In this document: positions 1 to 9,867 of the stretch, piece by piece
Layout of the letters: each line of letters begins with the position of its first letter
Position numbering within the stretch: position 1 is the stretch's first letter
Virus record (IMG/VR): IMGVR_UViG_3300037188_000011
Coordinates: 1 to 54,093 of that record
Source of the DNA: a virus
Taxonomy: Duplodnaviria > Caudoviricetes
Length of the DNA: 54,093 bases
Strand: one strand, 5' to 3'
The notes under the pieces: model-generated
Databases searched by the model: none
The model's input: only the letters and a program-made list of their open reading frames with translations
What the model was told of the DNA's origin: nothing
Translations under genes and position numbers: made by a program

Positions 1-1
1 A

Positions 2-559
2 GCGCTTGGCACATGGGCTCAGGTCGCCGCGATTTCGATCGGCTCAGCCAATTCGCCCGACGCCGCAGTGGTCGGTCACATCGTCGGCACACTTCTGACC
101 GTGACGGCGGTGACGTCCGGCACGATCCTGCTCAACGATTACCTTTCGGATCTGAACGGAATCATCCAGAACGGCACGTTCGTTACATCGTTCGGAACCG
201 GAGCCGGCGGCACCGGAACCTACAACATCAACAATACGCAGACCGTTTCCGGTGCCACCTTCACGGCCACCGGTTCGGGCACCAATCTGACGGCTTCGGC
301 GGTCACCGGGTTAATCGGGATCGGTGATATCGTGACCGGCTCCGGCGTTCCGGCAAATACGTCGATCGTGAGCCAGACCAGCGGCACCACGGGCGGCGCG
401 GGCGTGTATGTGACCAATAATGCGACAACCTCATCTGGCGCGGCGCTTACCGCCAATGCGCCGATCTTGACATCGTCGGCGGATCAAACCTTTGTTCAGG
501 TCAACGCGAACCAGGTGCCGCAGCTTACCGCGCCCAACATCATCGTGGTGACGACGTAA
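2..559 (+). CDS. Baseplate J-like protein, C-terminal part (5' end outside the window)
   Basis: Frame is open from base 2 (ALGTWAQVAAISIG...). It ends QVPQLTAPNIIVVTT and its stop overlaps the ATG of the DUF2612 gene, the usual position of baseplate J. Contains two G/T-rich beta-repeat inserts. Confidence 0.7.
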   Translation, partial: ALGTWAQVAAISIGSANSPDAAVVGHIVGTLLTVTAVTSGTILLNDYLSDLNGIIQNGTFVTSFGTGAGGTGTYNINNTQTVSGATFTATGSGTNLTASAVTGLIGIGDIVTGSGVPANTSIVSQTSGTTGGAGVYVTNNATTSSGAALTANAPILTSSADQTFVQVNANQVPQLTAPNIIVVTT

Positions 560-1236
560 TGTCCGACACATCAGGCCCTCCTTACCCGCGGTACGCACCA
601 GGCTTCACGCCCGGCAGCAATTCGATCGGTGGTTTCCAGATAGGCGTGAGCCCGATAGGCGTCCTTTCGTCCTACGACGAATGGCTCACTGTGATGGTCG
701 AGTACGCGAACTCACCGGTCATCACGGCGTTTATCGAGTCATTCAACGCGGCGATCGACCAGACACAAAATATGTCGAATCTGTTCGACATGATCTGGAA
801 TGTCCTGACAGCGCAGGGATACGGCCTTGACGTCTGGGGCCGTATTGTCGGGGTGAGCCGCACGCTTCAATTCCCTAGCGGTGTTTCCTATCTCGGTTTC
901 AACGAGGCAACGGGCTGGACCGGATTTGGACAGGGCGGGTTTTTCAGCGGCGGCAGCACGACGACGAACTATCAGCTATCCGACACGGATTTCCGTCGAT
1001 TGATCCTCGCAAAGGCTGCCGGCAACATATCGGACGGATCGATCATGTCGGTAAACAAAATCTTACTGGCGCTATTTCCGCTCCGCGGTGCCTGTTACGT
1101 CATCGACAATCAGAACATGAGCCTGACATACAAGTTTCAATTTCCGCTAACCGCCGTCGAGTCAGCGATCATCCAACAATCGGGCGTCTTGCCATCAGCG
1201 GCAGGCGTCGGTATTACCATCAGTCAGAATTTTTGA
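559..1236 (+). CDS. DUF2612-family baseplate wedge protein
   Basis: Motifs EYANSPVI, TAQGYGLDVWGRIVGVSR, LSDTDFRRLILAKAAGNI and GVLPSAAGV; lies between the baseplate J and tail fibre genes. Confidence 0.85.
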   Translation: MSDTSGPPYPRYAPGFTPGSNSIGGFQIGVSPIGVLSSYDEWLTVMVEYANSPVITAFIESFNAAIDQTQNMSNLFDMIWNVLTAQGYGLDVWGRIVGVSRTLQFPSGVSYLGFNEATGWTGFGQGGFFSGGSTTTNYQLSDTDFRRLILAKAAGNISDGSIMSVNKILLALFPLRGACYVIDNQNMSLTYKFQFPLTAVESAIIQQSGVLPSAAGVGITISQNF

Positions 1237-1254
1237 CGCTCAGGAGATCACCGA

Positions 1255-2391
1255 ATGAAGCGGTTTTGGCTCCTCGTACTGGCTCTTTTCCCGACCAGCG
1301 CGTTCGCGATAAATCAGGCTAACACACCGCCGAAATTCCCGCTGGTTTGGGGAGCCAATGCCGGCCGCCCCTATCTGCGATCAATCCCGTCAGGTTCCCA
1401 GATCGGTACGCAAAATTGCGCGGCGTCGCTGAATGATGGTTTCCCGCCGCTGACGTTTGTTCCGGCCGCGGCCGGCGGCTGTCCGCCCTTCGGCCAGGAC
1501 TTCAACGGAATCCTGAAGCAGATCACGCAATGGAGCCAATGGTACCAAGCCGGAGGTCCGATTTTCTACGACTCTGCGTTCGCGTCGTCTGCGGCGAACG
1601 GATATCCGAATGGCGCGATCATTCAATCTGCAATCGTCCCAGGCGATTTCTGGATGTCGACGGCCGACAACAACACTACGAATCCTGATGCAGGGGGAGC
1701 GAATTGGGTTCCTGCTCCCGGTCAATTTCAAACCGGGATGGTCATCGGGTTTCCATCGGCGACAATTCTAACCGGTTTTGTCTCAGCGAATGGACTCACC
1801 CTCGGCAATGCATCGTCGAATGCCACCGGAAGAGCCAACGCAGACACGCAGTTTCTCTTCGCGTTCATCTGGAATAACTGCTCGAACACGCAATGCCCGA
1901 TCTATATGAGCGGCGGTGGTGCTTCGTCACGCGGCGCAAATGCGGCAGCGGATTATGCGGCCAATAAAGCAATCGCGGTTTACAATATGAATGGCACCGG
2001 AATTACCGGATCTGATTCCCAAAATGGATCATCATCTACTCTATTGTCTGGCGTGCCGATTGTCAGCGGGAATTCAACGACTCCAGGATCGATAGTAGGC
2101 GAGAATCTTCATTCCTTAATCGCTGCTGAAAATGGCCCGCACACGCACGCTAGTTTCTTGACTGATCCAGGACATACACATGGCTTTAGCGCGAATAACG
2201 CGGCGGCTTATCTGGCGAACGAGCCAACGCAAAGCGGGGGTGGTTACACTGGCAGTTCAGCGGCGACGGCCTCGATAGGCATAGCTGCGGCAACTACTGG
2301 AATCACTTTGACAAACGCGTCATCCGGTTCAGGCACTGGGCACAATACGGTATCAAGAAGTGTGCTCGTCTGGTGGGAGTTGAAACTATGA
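1255..2391 (+). CDS. Baseplate-proximal tail fibre protein with an added Sec signal peptide
   Basis: RBS AGGAG. Fibre-attachment N-domain (ASLNDGFPPLTF..GGCPPFGQDFNGIL, GYPNGAII, W.ST.DNNTTNPD) and collar-like C-domain (GENLHSL...HTH). Begins MKRFWLLVLALFPTSAFA. Confidence 0.8.
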   Translation: MKRFWLLVLALFPTSAFAINQANTPPKFPLVWGANAGRPYLRSIPSGSQIGTQNCAASLNDGFPPLTFVPAAAGGCPPFGQDFNGILKQITQWSQWYQAGGPIFYDSAFASSAANGYPNGAIIQSAIVPGDFWMSTADNNTTNPDAGGANWVPAPGQFQTGMVIGFPSATILTGFVSANGLTLGNASSNATGRANADTQFLFAFIWNNCSNTQCPIYMSGGGASSRGANAAADYAANKAIAVYNMNGTGITGSDSQNGSSSTLLSGVPIVSGNSTTPGSIVGENLHSLIAAENGPHTHASFLTDPGHTHGFSANNAAAYLANEPTQSGGGYTGSSAATASIGIAAATTGITLTNASSGSGTGHNTVSRSVLVWWELKL

Positions 2392-3089
2392 TCCGCGCCG
2401 TTATCTTGATCTTCGTTATCCTTTCATCGTCGGCGGCATGGGCGCAACAACACGAGATCACGAAATCTCGCGCCATGTCCTACAACGGCCAGTTCGAAAA
2501 TCTTGTAGCCACTTACGGTCAAGAGTTGGCTGACTGGCAGGCGCACATGGCACGCGTCAAGCAAGACAAAAAGGATGGTGTTGCGAAGGACAATGCTTTC
2601 CAGCCGTACCCCGCTCCGACCGCAGATGCAGAGATCGCGGCAAGCGTGGATGCGAACGGGAAACCGAACTACAAAATAACCGACGATAGCGCCGATGTGC
2701 TCGCTGCAAAGAAAAGCACATTGCTGTCAAAGATCAACGATGCGGAACAGAATGCCGTCTCGGTGATCTTGCCTCCGGCCGGAAAACGCGAAGCCATTGC
2801 GCTTCGCGAGAATGATATCCGCATCGCCGATGCGGCCAGAGCTGCCGACATTTATTCTAAGCAGGGGGTTCTTGCCTCGATCGGCATCGGAAAAAAGACA
2901 GCCCAAGAGATTCAGGCCGAAGTTGATAGCGGTCGCCCGACCGCGGATACCGACTTCCTGCAGCAACGAGCAAACGAACGCCAAAGGATAGAAGCTGTTC
3001 GCCGCGCCGGGGCTCAGATGATGAGTAATGTCGAGGATCTGACAGCGGCTAATATCGATAGCTGGACGATGCCATCTTTCCCGAACTGA
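2388..3089 (+). CDS. Secreted helical protein, possible tail-fibre assembly factor
   Basis: ATGA overlap with the fibre gene; signal peptide MIRAVILIFVILSSSAAWA|QQ; chaperone role inferred from position. Confidence 0.6.
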   Translation: MIRAVILIFVILSSSAAWAQQHEITKSRAMSYNGQFENLVATYGQELADWQAHMARVKQDKKDGVAKDNAFQPYPAPTADAEIAASVDANGKPNYKITDDSADVLAAKKSTLLSKINDAEQNAVSVILPPAGKREAIALRENDIRIADAARAADIYSKQGVLASIGIGKKTAQEIQAEVDSGRPTADTDFLQQRANERQRIEAVRRAGAQMMSNVEDLTAANIDSWTMPSFPN

Positions 3090-3098
3090 GAACCCGAG

Positions 3099-4928
3099 AT
3101 GCAAAAAATCAAAGCTCTGATCGCGTCCATCGTTTTCGCCGCGATTTCGATCGGTTCGGCGCTGGCGCAGAGCGGGCCTGGGTTCCCGACGACCTTTGGC
3201 TATGTGGCGACACCAGCGCAGTGGTTGGCCGCATTTACGAACAAGCAGGACTATCTCGGTGCACCACCGGTTCTGACGACGGGCGGAACGATGACGGGGA
3301 GGCTTGTTACAGCCGCGTCGACGACCGGCCTGGCTGGATTGAGTATCCCGGCCGGCACGCCCCCGACATCACCGATCAACGGCGACGTCTGGGAGACATC
3401 GACGAGCCTATTCGTCCGCATCAATGGCGCGACCTATGATTTGTTGAACGGAGCGTGCTCGATCTGCGCCGTGACGAACGGCAATAATACATTCACCGGA
3501 TTGCAAACCACTCAGGGTTTAACGACGACACAACCGGGATGGTATGCGCAGATCACCGGAGACACGTTCGCGCGAACCAGGATAGGACCGAACTCGGCTG
3601 ACATCGGATCCGTAAGCTTCGGCCCCGGCAATGCGGCTCGCGACACCCACATGGAGCGGGCTGGGGTAGCTTCGTTGCGTTTCGGTTCGGCCGATGGCGC
3701 GGCTCCGATTGCACAAACTCTTCTGGTGCAAAACGTCATTGCCGGAACCAGCAATACGGCGGGCGTCTCGTGGACCTTGCAGGGTTCGCGCGGCACCGGA
3801 ACAGGGGCGGGCGGAAATATCGTGTTCCAAGTTGCTCCGGCCGGGCTGACCGGATCGTCGCAGAATCCTTTATCGACGGCCCTGACGATATTCGGGCTGG
3901 ACGGCGGCCTTTCCACGGGCGCCGCCATCGACGAAGGGGTGGGAACCCTCAATCTCGCCGGCTCGCTCTACAATAACGGGACGGCGCCGACCGGGACCGG
4001 CGGTTATGCGCGCGCCACGTCTCCAGCCTTCGTGACCCCGGCGCTTGGCGTCGCAACAGCAACGTCGCTTGCGATCGGTGGCGCTACCATCGGCAGCAAC
4101 GCGCTGGCCGTCACCGGAACCTTCGCATTCTCTGCTGGAGGGACCTTTGGCGGCGCCGTCAACGGCATCACCACGCTCGCCAGCGGCGCCGACACGATCA
4201 CATCATCGTCTACGAGCGCACTTGCGGTTGGCCTCAATGGTGCCACCAACCCAGCATTCGTCGTCGATGCCTCAACCGCTTCACAGGCGGCCGGACTAAG
4301 CATCAAGGGTGCTGCTACGGGCGGCACCGTGGCATTGGCGGCGATCGACAGCGGCTCGAACACCAACCTCTCGATCAACGCAAAGGGCACCGGCACCATC
4401 GCAATCGGGAGTGTCTCGACCGGTGCCGTCACCATCACACCGGCCACGACATTGTCCGCTGCTCTCACTTATGGAGGCACGACGTTCGCGAACTCTGCGA
4501 CCGGGTCCGGCTCGCTGGTGGGAGGAACGAGTCCGACTCTTACCTCTCCGGTTCTCAACACGTCGTTATCTGGGTCGGCCTTCGGGACTGGTGTGCCGGT
4601 GGCCATCGCCGCTAACCTCAGCGCAAATGGTGGTCTCACGACGACGATTGCCAGCGGAGCTACCGCTATGGGCGCGGGAGCTATCAGCTCCGGCACGTGT
4701 GCGAGCGCAGTAACAGCTACGGCCACAAATGCGGCGACTACGGATGTCATCACTGCATCGTTTAATGCTGACCCAACGGCAGTTACCGGCTACATCGCCT
4801 CGACCAACGGGATGCTAACGATTATTCCTTGGTTGACCTCAGGGCAGGCAAATTTCAAGGTCTGCAATAATACCGGGTCGAGCATCACGCCGGGCGCGGT
4901 GACCATCAATTGGAGGGTCGTGCGATGA
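3099..4928 (+). CDS. Gly/Thr/Ala-rich tail-fibre-like protein with signal peptide
   Basis: Fibre motifs (TGGTMTGRL, PTSPINGDVW, TSPAFVTPALGVATATSL); signal peptide MQKIKALIASIVFAAISIGSALA|QS. Confidence 0.7.
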   Translation: MQKIKALIASIVFAAISIGSALAQSGPGFPTTFGYVATPAQWLAAFTNKQDYLGAPPVLTTGGTMTGRLVTAASTTGLAGLSIPAGTPPTSPINGDVWETSTSLFVRINGATYDLLNGACSICAVTNGNNTFTGLQTTQGLTTTQPGWYAQITGDTFARTRIGPNSADIGSVSFGPGNAARDTHMERAGVASLRFGSADGAAPIAQTLLVQNVIAGTSNTAGVSWTLQGSRGTGTGAGGNIVFQVAPAGLTGSSQNPLSTALTIFGLDGGLSTGAAIDEGVGTLNLAGSLYNNGTAPTGTGGYARATSPAFVTPALGVATATSLAIGGATIGSNALAVTGTFAFSAGGTFGGAVNGITTLASGADTITSSSTSALAVGLNGATNPAFVVDASTASQAAGLSIKGAATGGTVALAAIDSGSNTNLSINAKGTGTIAIGSVSTGAVTITPATTLSAALTYGGTTFANSATGSGSLVGGTSPTLTSPVLNTSLSGSAFGTGVPVAIAANLSANGGLTTTIASGATAMGAGAISSGTCASAVTATATNAATTDVITASFNADPTAVTGYIASTNGMLTIIPWLTSGQANFKVCNNTGSSITPGAVTINWRVVR

Positions 4929-5683
4929 GATTTAGCGCACCACTCACACTGCTATTCGCTTTATGGGCTGCAAGTGCCCAAGCACAATCTGTCGCGTTCC
5001 CCGGTCCTGGGATGACCCACGCAGCGGCATCGTCGATCACTGTCACCAATATCGGAGTGAACAACAACACGTCGGGAGCCACGCTCGCGCTAACCGCTGT
5101 CACGGTTCCTGCGAGTTCGCTGATCATTGTTGGCGTATGCGAATACAATAGTGGAACAGGCGGCTCGGGCACAGTTTCCGATGGTGTCAACACCTATACG
5201 CTGATCAAGGCCGCCTCGCCCAACAGTCTGCATGGCACATGCGGCATTTACTCAGCGCCCTCGGCCAGTCTGACTAGCGGAACAATTACATACACTAAGT
5301 TCCTGACAGGATCGATTACGGCGATTTCGGCATTCTATGCGAGAAACATGGTATCCCAGGCGGCCGATAGCGCAGTATCGGCATCAGCGACCGGAAATAG
5401 CGTGTCCCCATCGGTCACGTCTGGGACTCCCGCTGTCGCCGGAGAATTGTTCGTTGCGTTATGTGGGCAGGCTGACGTTGTTGGTCCAGTGGCCGCATTT
5501 ACACAAGACACGACGCATGGATGGGCTACGCCGTTTGTGGATTCGGTCGCAGGAACTTCGCCGACTGCCAGTGTTGATGGCGGCACGCAGGTTAATGGAT
5601 CATCGAGCTCGTTGACGTTTTCGCCGACTCTCGGAGGTGGTGGCGGCAATTGGGCCGCCATTGTAGTAGGGTTCAAACCATGA
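4925..5683 (+). CDS. Secreted beta-rich fibre-associated protein (two internal repeats)
   Basis: ATGA coupling; signal peptide MRFSAPLTLLFALWAASAQA|QS; S/T-rich beta-sandwich-like halves. Confidence 0.6.
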   Translation: MRFSAPLTLLFALWAASAQAQSVAFPGPGMTHAAASSITVTNIGVNNNTSGATLALTAVTVPASSLIIVGVCEYNSGTGGSGTVSDGVNTYTLIKAASPNSLHGTCGIYSAPSASLTSGTITYTKFLTGSITAISAFYARNMVSQAADSAVSASATGNSVSPSVTSGTPAVAGELFVALCGQADVVGPVAAFTQDTTHGWATPFVDSVAGTSPTASVDGGTQVNGSSSSLTFSPTLGGGGGNWAAIVVGFKP

Positions 5684-6828
5684 GAACTATCTTGCTCATC
5701 ATCGCGCTTGTGCTCGGGCTCGCTTCCAGCGCCGACGCACAGACGCCGCCGACCGTGATGCAGAATTGCGGCAACGCCAGTTATCCCGTGCTGCAAGGCG
5801 ACCAGCTCGTGTGCAGCTATAGCGTCCAGTTCGACGGCACCTGTAACGGGGCGGATATGTGGAACCAGTGGACGCTTACGGCGTCCCCCGCACCGTCGCC
5901 CATCTACGGCCCTTGGGCCGTGACACCATGGGAAAACCACTGGGTCAAGATCGTCGGGCACAAGATCACGGACATGACGCCCGGCGACGGCCACCCGTAT
6001 TGGCAGATCGGATCGACGTACCCGTCGGATATCGAGGGTGGCATCGGGACCGAAAACAATGGCACCGTGATGTACCCGTCCGGGCTGGTGTGGATGTTCC
6101 CGCCAGTAGGGTATGTGTCTCCAAACGGGAGAGTCCTGAAAGACCTGCACGGCAGTTGTCCGACCATCGCTCCAGGCACCCTCGCACCCCCAAACCATGC
6201 GACCGTGATGGTGACTTTCTACTACGTCGATGCCAGCGCCTTGGCACCGCCGCCGCCGCCGCCCCCACTTTGTACCACGTTCGATAGCCTTAACCCCGCC
6301 GACAAGGGCGCCGGTATCACGCTGTCGAGCGGCAACCTGATGGCGACAAGCGACGGATCGAACGCGCACGAACTCGTCCGGGCCGTCACTGGCATCGCGC
6401 CAAGCACATTACGGGTGCACTTCGAGTGGACGGTGGCCGACTCAGCGAACGCGATCAGCTATGTCGGGTTGCAGGACTCCACAATCTCGACGAACAACTC
6501 AACGGGGAGCGGAGGAACGGGGTTCGCGGTCGGCTACAGCGCGGCGGCTGGATACACCCACGCGACCAACTTCACGCCCGGTCCCGGCGCGACGGCTGCG
6601 ATGCCAAATGGCACCTACGCAATGGACTACGACAGTTTCTCTGGTGTCGCAACTGTCACGGGTCCATCCGGCTACTCCGTGACGAGAACCATGAGTGGCA
6701 CGCCAGCCACGCTATTTCCGGCCACGTCGATGTACGGCAACCCCGGCAGTATGTTCACCTATAATTTCGGCGCGTCTCCCTTCATGTATCCCGTTCCAAG
6801 CGGCTATCAGGCCGGGCTCTGCCAATAG
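5680..6828 (+). CDS. Secreted protein with a C-terminal SPRY/lectin-like domain
   Basis: Signal peptide MRTILLIIALVLGLASSADA|QT; poly-Pro linker; LNPADKGAGITLSSGNL...LFPA...NFGASPFMYPVPSGY is typical of phage SPRY-like domains. Confidence 0.65.
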   Translation: MRTILLIIALVLGLASSADAQTPPTVMQNCGNASYPVLQGDQLVCSYSVQFDGTCNGADMWNQWTLTASPAPSPIYGPWAVTPWENHWVKIVGHKITDMTPGDGHPYWQIGSTYPSDIEGGIGTENNGTVMYPSGLVWMFPPVGYVSPNGRVLKDLHGSCPTIAPGTLAPPNHATVMVTFYYVDASALAPPPPPPPLCTTFDSLNPADKGAGITLSSGNLMATSDGSNAHELVRAVTGIAPSTLRVHFEWTVADSANAISYVGLQDSTISTNNSTGSGGTGFAVGYSAAAGYTHATNFTPGPGATAAMPNGTYAMDYDSFSGVATVTGPSGYSVTRTMSGTPATLFPATSMYGNPGSMFTYNFGASPFMYPVPSGYQAGLCQ

Positions 6829-6842
6829 GGAGAGGGGAGAAA

Positions 6843-7676
6843 ATGAAACATCCCTACGAGATCCTCCGAACAGAGTACTCGCAATTGCTTTCCGCAATGG
6901 TGATCCGGCCGGAGTGCCGGGAGGCCATCGATCACGTCGCGATAAAGCTGCTCGGATACAAAACACGATATGAGCCGGTGACTGCGGCAACCGGCGTCCC
7001 GATCGTTTTCATCGGGCCATCGTTTGAGCGTGAGGCTTCGTCGAATTTTACCCGCAATGCTGCGCAGGGTTGGCCCCTGACGAGCATTTCAAAGATAATT
7101 CCGCACAACGGACCTTTCCGGACATGGGCGGATTCGGCGGTCGCAGCTTATCATCTGAACGGACTGGATCGCGTCGGATCTGCAAATTGGACCTGGGAAC
7201 TGATCTGCTTCTACGGCGAGCTTTTCAACGGCATGGGCTACCGGGACGTCCACCACATGCATACGCCGTATCTCTGGGGCGGGACGAACATCCAGACCCG
7301 CGGGAAATACGTTCAGGACGGAAAGTTCGATCCGAACGTGATGGATCCGCAACTCGGGATGATCCCGATCGGTCGCCGGATGGCAGAGATCGACCCGACT
7401 GTGGCGCTCACGCTGGTGATCCCGCCGCCGGTTCATTCCGGTATCGCGGCGCCGGATTCCGGTGGTGACACCGTGTTCGTGCAGCACGCAATGAATCGCC
7501 TCGGGTGGCAGCCGCCCCTTGCCGAAGACGGCAGCTATGGCGACCAGACCAAAAAGGCGGTGGAGCATTTTCAACGAAATTTCGGGATGAAGGTTGACTT
7601 CGCCGGCCCGGAAACCGTTATCGCGCTCAAGGCCGCGATTGCGGCGATTGAGGAATCCGAGAAGGTGACACCGTGA
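6843..7676 (+). CDS. Endolysin: lysozyme-like domain plus C-terminal peptidoglycan-binding domain
   Basis: Strong RBS GGGAGAGGGGAG. Catalytic-type motifs EREAS..F, E.FNGMGYR, PYLWGGT..GKYVQDG.FD; PG-binding motif DGSYGDQTKKAVEHFQR. Confidence 0.85.
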   Translation: MKHPYEILRTEYSQLLSAMVIRPECREAIDHVAIKLLGYKTRYEPVTAATGVPIVFIGPSFEREASSNFTRNAAQGWPLTSISKIIPHNGPFRTWADSAVAAYHLNGLDRVGSANWTWELICFYGELFNGMGYRDVHHMHTPYLWGGTNIQTRGKYVQDGKFDPNVMDPQLGMIPIGRRMAEIDPTVALTLVIPPPVHSGIAAPDSGGDTVFVQHAMNRLGWQPPLAEDGSYGDQTKKAVEHFQRNFGMKVDFAGPETVIALKAAIAAIEESEKVTP

Positions 7677-7876
7677 GCCTGTCCCGGGTGGAGATGTTGC
7701 AGGCGGTCAAGGATGGCCTGATCGACGCTACCAAGGCGCGCGTGGTGACATCGGCGGCGAACGGGATATCCGAAGGCATCCCCGCGGCGGCGCGGCAATT
7801 CGAGACCGGCATCGTGGAACTCAAAGAGGCTTACGCCGCCTTCTGCGCCGTGATAGAGAGAAATTTCCCGGAATAG
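7673..7876 (+). CDS. Hypothetical protein
   Basis: GTGA overlap with the endolysin stop; 67 aa. Confidence 0.55.
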   Translation: MSLSRVEMLQAVKDGLIDATKARVVTSAANGISEGIPAAARQFETGIVELKEAYAAFCAVIERNFPE

Positions 7877-7887
7877 GAGATCCTCCG

Positions 7888-8628
7888 ATGTTTCGACTGA
7901 TGATGGTGCCAGCGGTGCTGCTCGCGTTGCTGGCCCCGGCCGCCGCTCAATTCCCGGGGACAGTGTCGGCGCCGCCGGCGACCGTAGGAGGCCCTGTAGC
8001 CATCGGCCAGGCACAGGCCCAGGTCGACCCCGCCGGCAAGGTCGCGATTGTGGTTGCCCCTCCGGCGTCGGCCGAACCGACCGCCTCATTCAGCGTCGGG
8101 ACATGGATTGCCGATCTGCTCGGTGCATTGGTCGCGCTGTTCGGAACCGTCATCGGGTCATTTGTCACGAAATGGGTCATGGCCGTTGCGAAGAAGGCCG
8201 GGCTCGATGCGACGCAGGCGATGTCCGACAAGCTCAACTCGATCATTACGAACGGGCTGCACGACGGTGCCGCGAAGCTCGGGCAGGATCTCACTGGAAA
8301 GCTGAACGTCCAGGTCAAGAATCAGGTCATTGCGCAGGCCGTCACCTATGCGCAGACGCACGGCGTCGACACCATCAAGGATCTCGGCGGGGTCGACCTG
8401 AACGATCCGAAGGTGGTCGAGGCGCTTCAGGCCCGCGCCGCGGCGGCGCTGAGCGCCATCGGGCCGGATGCTGTCTTGGCTCCCCATGTCGTCCCGGCCG
8501 CACCGGTGGCCGCCGTGGCTGCCCCTGCGGCGGCTGTATCGCCTCCAGCCACTCCGCTGCCGATGCCGGCGCTCCTGACCGATGCCCCGATCCGGAAAAC
8601 GGAACCTCCGACCTCAGCGCTGACGTGA
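7888..8628 (+). CDS. Membrane protein (signal peptide plus one TM), LL-H-holin-like
   Basis: RBS AGGAG; N-terminal signal; TM segment WIADLLGALVALFGTVIGSFV followed by a basic helical region; lies in the lysis cluster. Confidence 0.55.
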   Translation: MFRLMMVPAVLLALLAPAAAQFPGTVSAPPATVGGPVAIGQAQAQVDPAGKVAIVVAPPASAEPTASFSVGTWIADLLGALVALFGTVIGSFVTKWVMAVAKKAGLDATQAMSDKLNSIITNGLHDGAAKLGQDLTGKLNVQVKNQVIAQAVTYAQTHGVDTIKDLGGVDLNDPKVVEALQARAAAALSAIGPDAVLAPHVVPAAPVAAVAAPAAAVSPPATPLPMPALLTDAPIRKTEPPTSALT

Positions 8629-8924
8629 ACGGCCTAATTCGCCTCGGTCTCGGGATTGCCAACGTCCCGCCTGACATGATCGCGGATATCGACGCCGCTA
8701 TCCCCGGGGCGGCGCGGATCATCGCCGCGGCAAAGAAGCTGGAACCGGACCTCCAGAAGATCGAACCGATCGTTGAGAAGTTGATGCCGCTTTGGGTGCA
8801 GGCGGCCCCGCTGATCGCCGACATGCTTCCGACGCTGAAGGCGGCATATCCGGATCTGGTGGCCCTGCTACCGCTTGCTGAGAGGATACTCGCCTTCGCG
8901 GCCGGGCCGGCGCCGAAGGGCTGA
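8625..8924 (+). CDS. Hypothetical amphipathic protein
   Basis: GTG overlaps the upstream stop; 3' part of ORF 8103..8924. Confidence 0.55.
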   Translation: MNGLIRLGLGIANVPPDMIADIDAAIPGAARIIAAAKKLEPDLQKIEPIVEKLMPLWVQAAPLIADMLPTLKAAYPDLVALLPLAERILAFAAGPAPKG

Positions 8925-9041
8925 GGCAAAAATACCACAGGCAGGTAAATTCCCCGCGGGAACCTCGGAATAGGGTTTCCCGTCATGGTCGCCGGCGTAA
9001 ACGTGTCGGCTTCCGTCAACCCACCCAAAAGGGGATCACCT

Positions 9042-9773
9042 ATGAAGAAACTCCTGCTCGCGGCAATCGCCGCTCTATTCCCTCTCGCGGCTTCGGCCGC
9101 AGATGTCGCCACCAAGGCGCCCACAAACCTGCTGAGCGGGTATCCGTTCGGGACGTCCGGCCCCTATATCGGCATTCTCACCGAGGCCGGCGCCGGCCCG
9201 GTCACCGCCAGCGTGCCAGGCGTCAACCCGGCCAGCCTGACTACGACCACCGCCGGGATCGGCATGAACTTCGGCTATGCCTGGGGGAGCAAGAATAGCC
9301 TGTTTGCCTACGCGATCGAGGGCAAGGTCACCGCCAACAACTTCAACGGCGCCAATCAGGGATTTTCGGTTTCGGGGCCGGTTTCTGCCGAGGGCACCGC
9401 ATTGGTATGGACCCCGGTATCGACAATCCAGAATGCATTCTCGCTGCTCAGCCTGCCGAACCCGTTCGCGAACATCGCCCCGTTTCCGTTGCTACCAGCG
9501 GGCGTCACGGCCAGCAATGTGCATGCTGGATTCGGCGCCGGCTTCCGGGCGGATGACGTCACGGTGGCCTATCTCGGGGCCGGGTCCAACAAAGTCTGGA
9601 GCTTCTCGCCGAAGATCGAACTGGACCTGATGGAGCAACTGAGCAACGGGTCGGCAGTTCGCGAGTACGTTGAGACCGTGTTCGAAAATAAGGGGATCCT
9701 GTTCGGCGGACCGAAGGGCGTCGTCTCAACGGTGGGAACCAAGTATATTGCCGGTGTCGCGATCGAGTTCTGA
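9042..9773 (+). CDS. Outer-membrane beta-barrel protein (Omp25/RopB-like)
   Basis: RBS AGGGGA; MKKLLLAAIAALFPLAASA|ADVATKAP is the rhizobial OMP start; G.YIG and FGYAW strands; C-terminal Phe (AGVAIEF). Confidence 0.75.
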   Translation: MKKLLLAAIAALFPLAASAADVATKAPTNLLSGYPFGTSGPYIGILTEAGAGPVTASVPGVNPASLTTTTAGIGMNFGYAWGSKNSLFAYAIEGKVTANNFNGANQGFSVSGPVSAEGTALVWTPVSTIQNAFSLLSLPNPFANIAPFPLLPAGVTASNVHAGFGAGFRADDVTVAYLGAGSNKVWSFSPKIELDLMEQLSNGSAVREYVETVFENKGILFGGPKGVVSTVGTKYIAGVAIEF

Positions 9774-9867
9774 TTATAGCCATCTTCGCGTAATGCGTGC
9801 ATAGTCGGCTCTGCTTCGATATAGCTCATCGGAGCTGGGCCGATTCTTTTTTACCGGGGAGTGCGGG

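Noticed and set aside
5335-6369. Long antisense ORFs (also 38123..39064, 42057..42968, 52422..53342)
   Set aside because: Expected from high-GC codon bias; no motifs or RBS.
8959-8985. EcfG promoter before the OMP gene
   Set aside because: GGAAC is followed by CGTC rather than (C/G)GTT; too weak.
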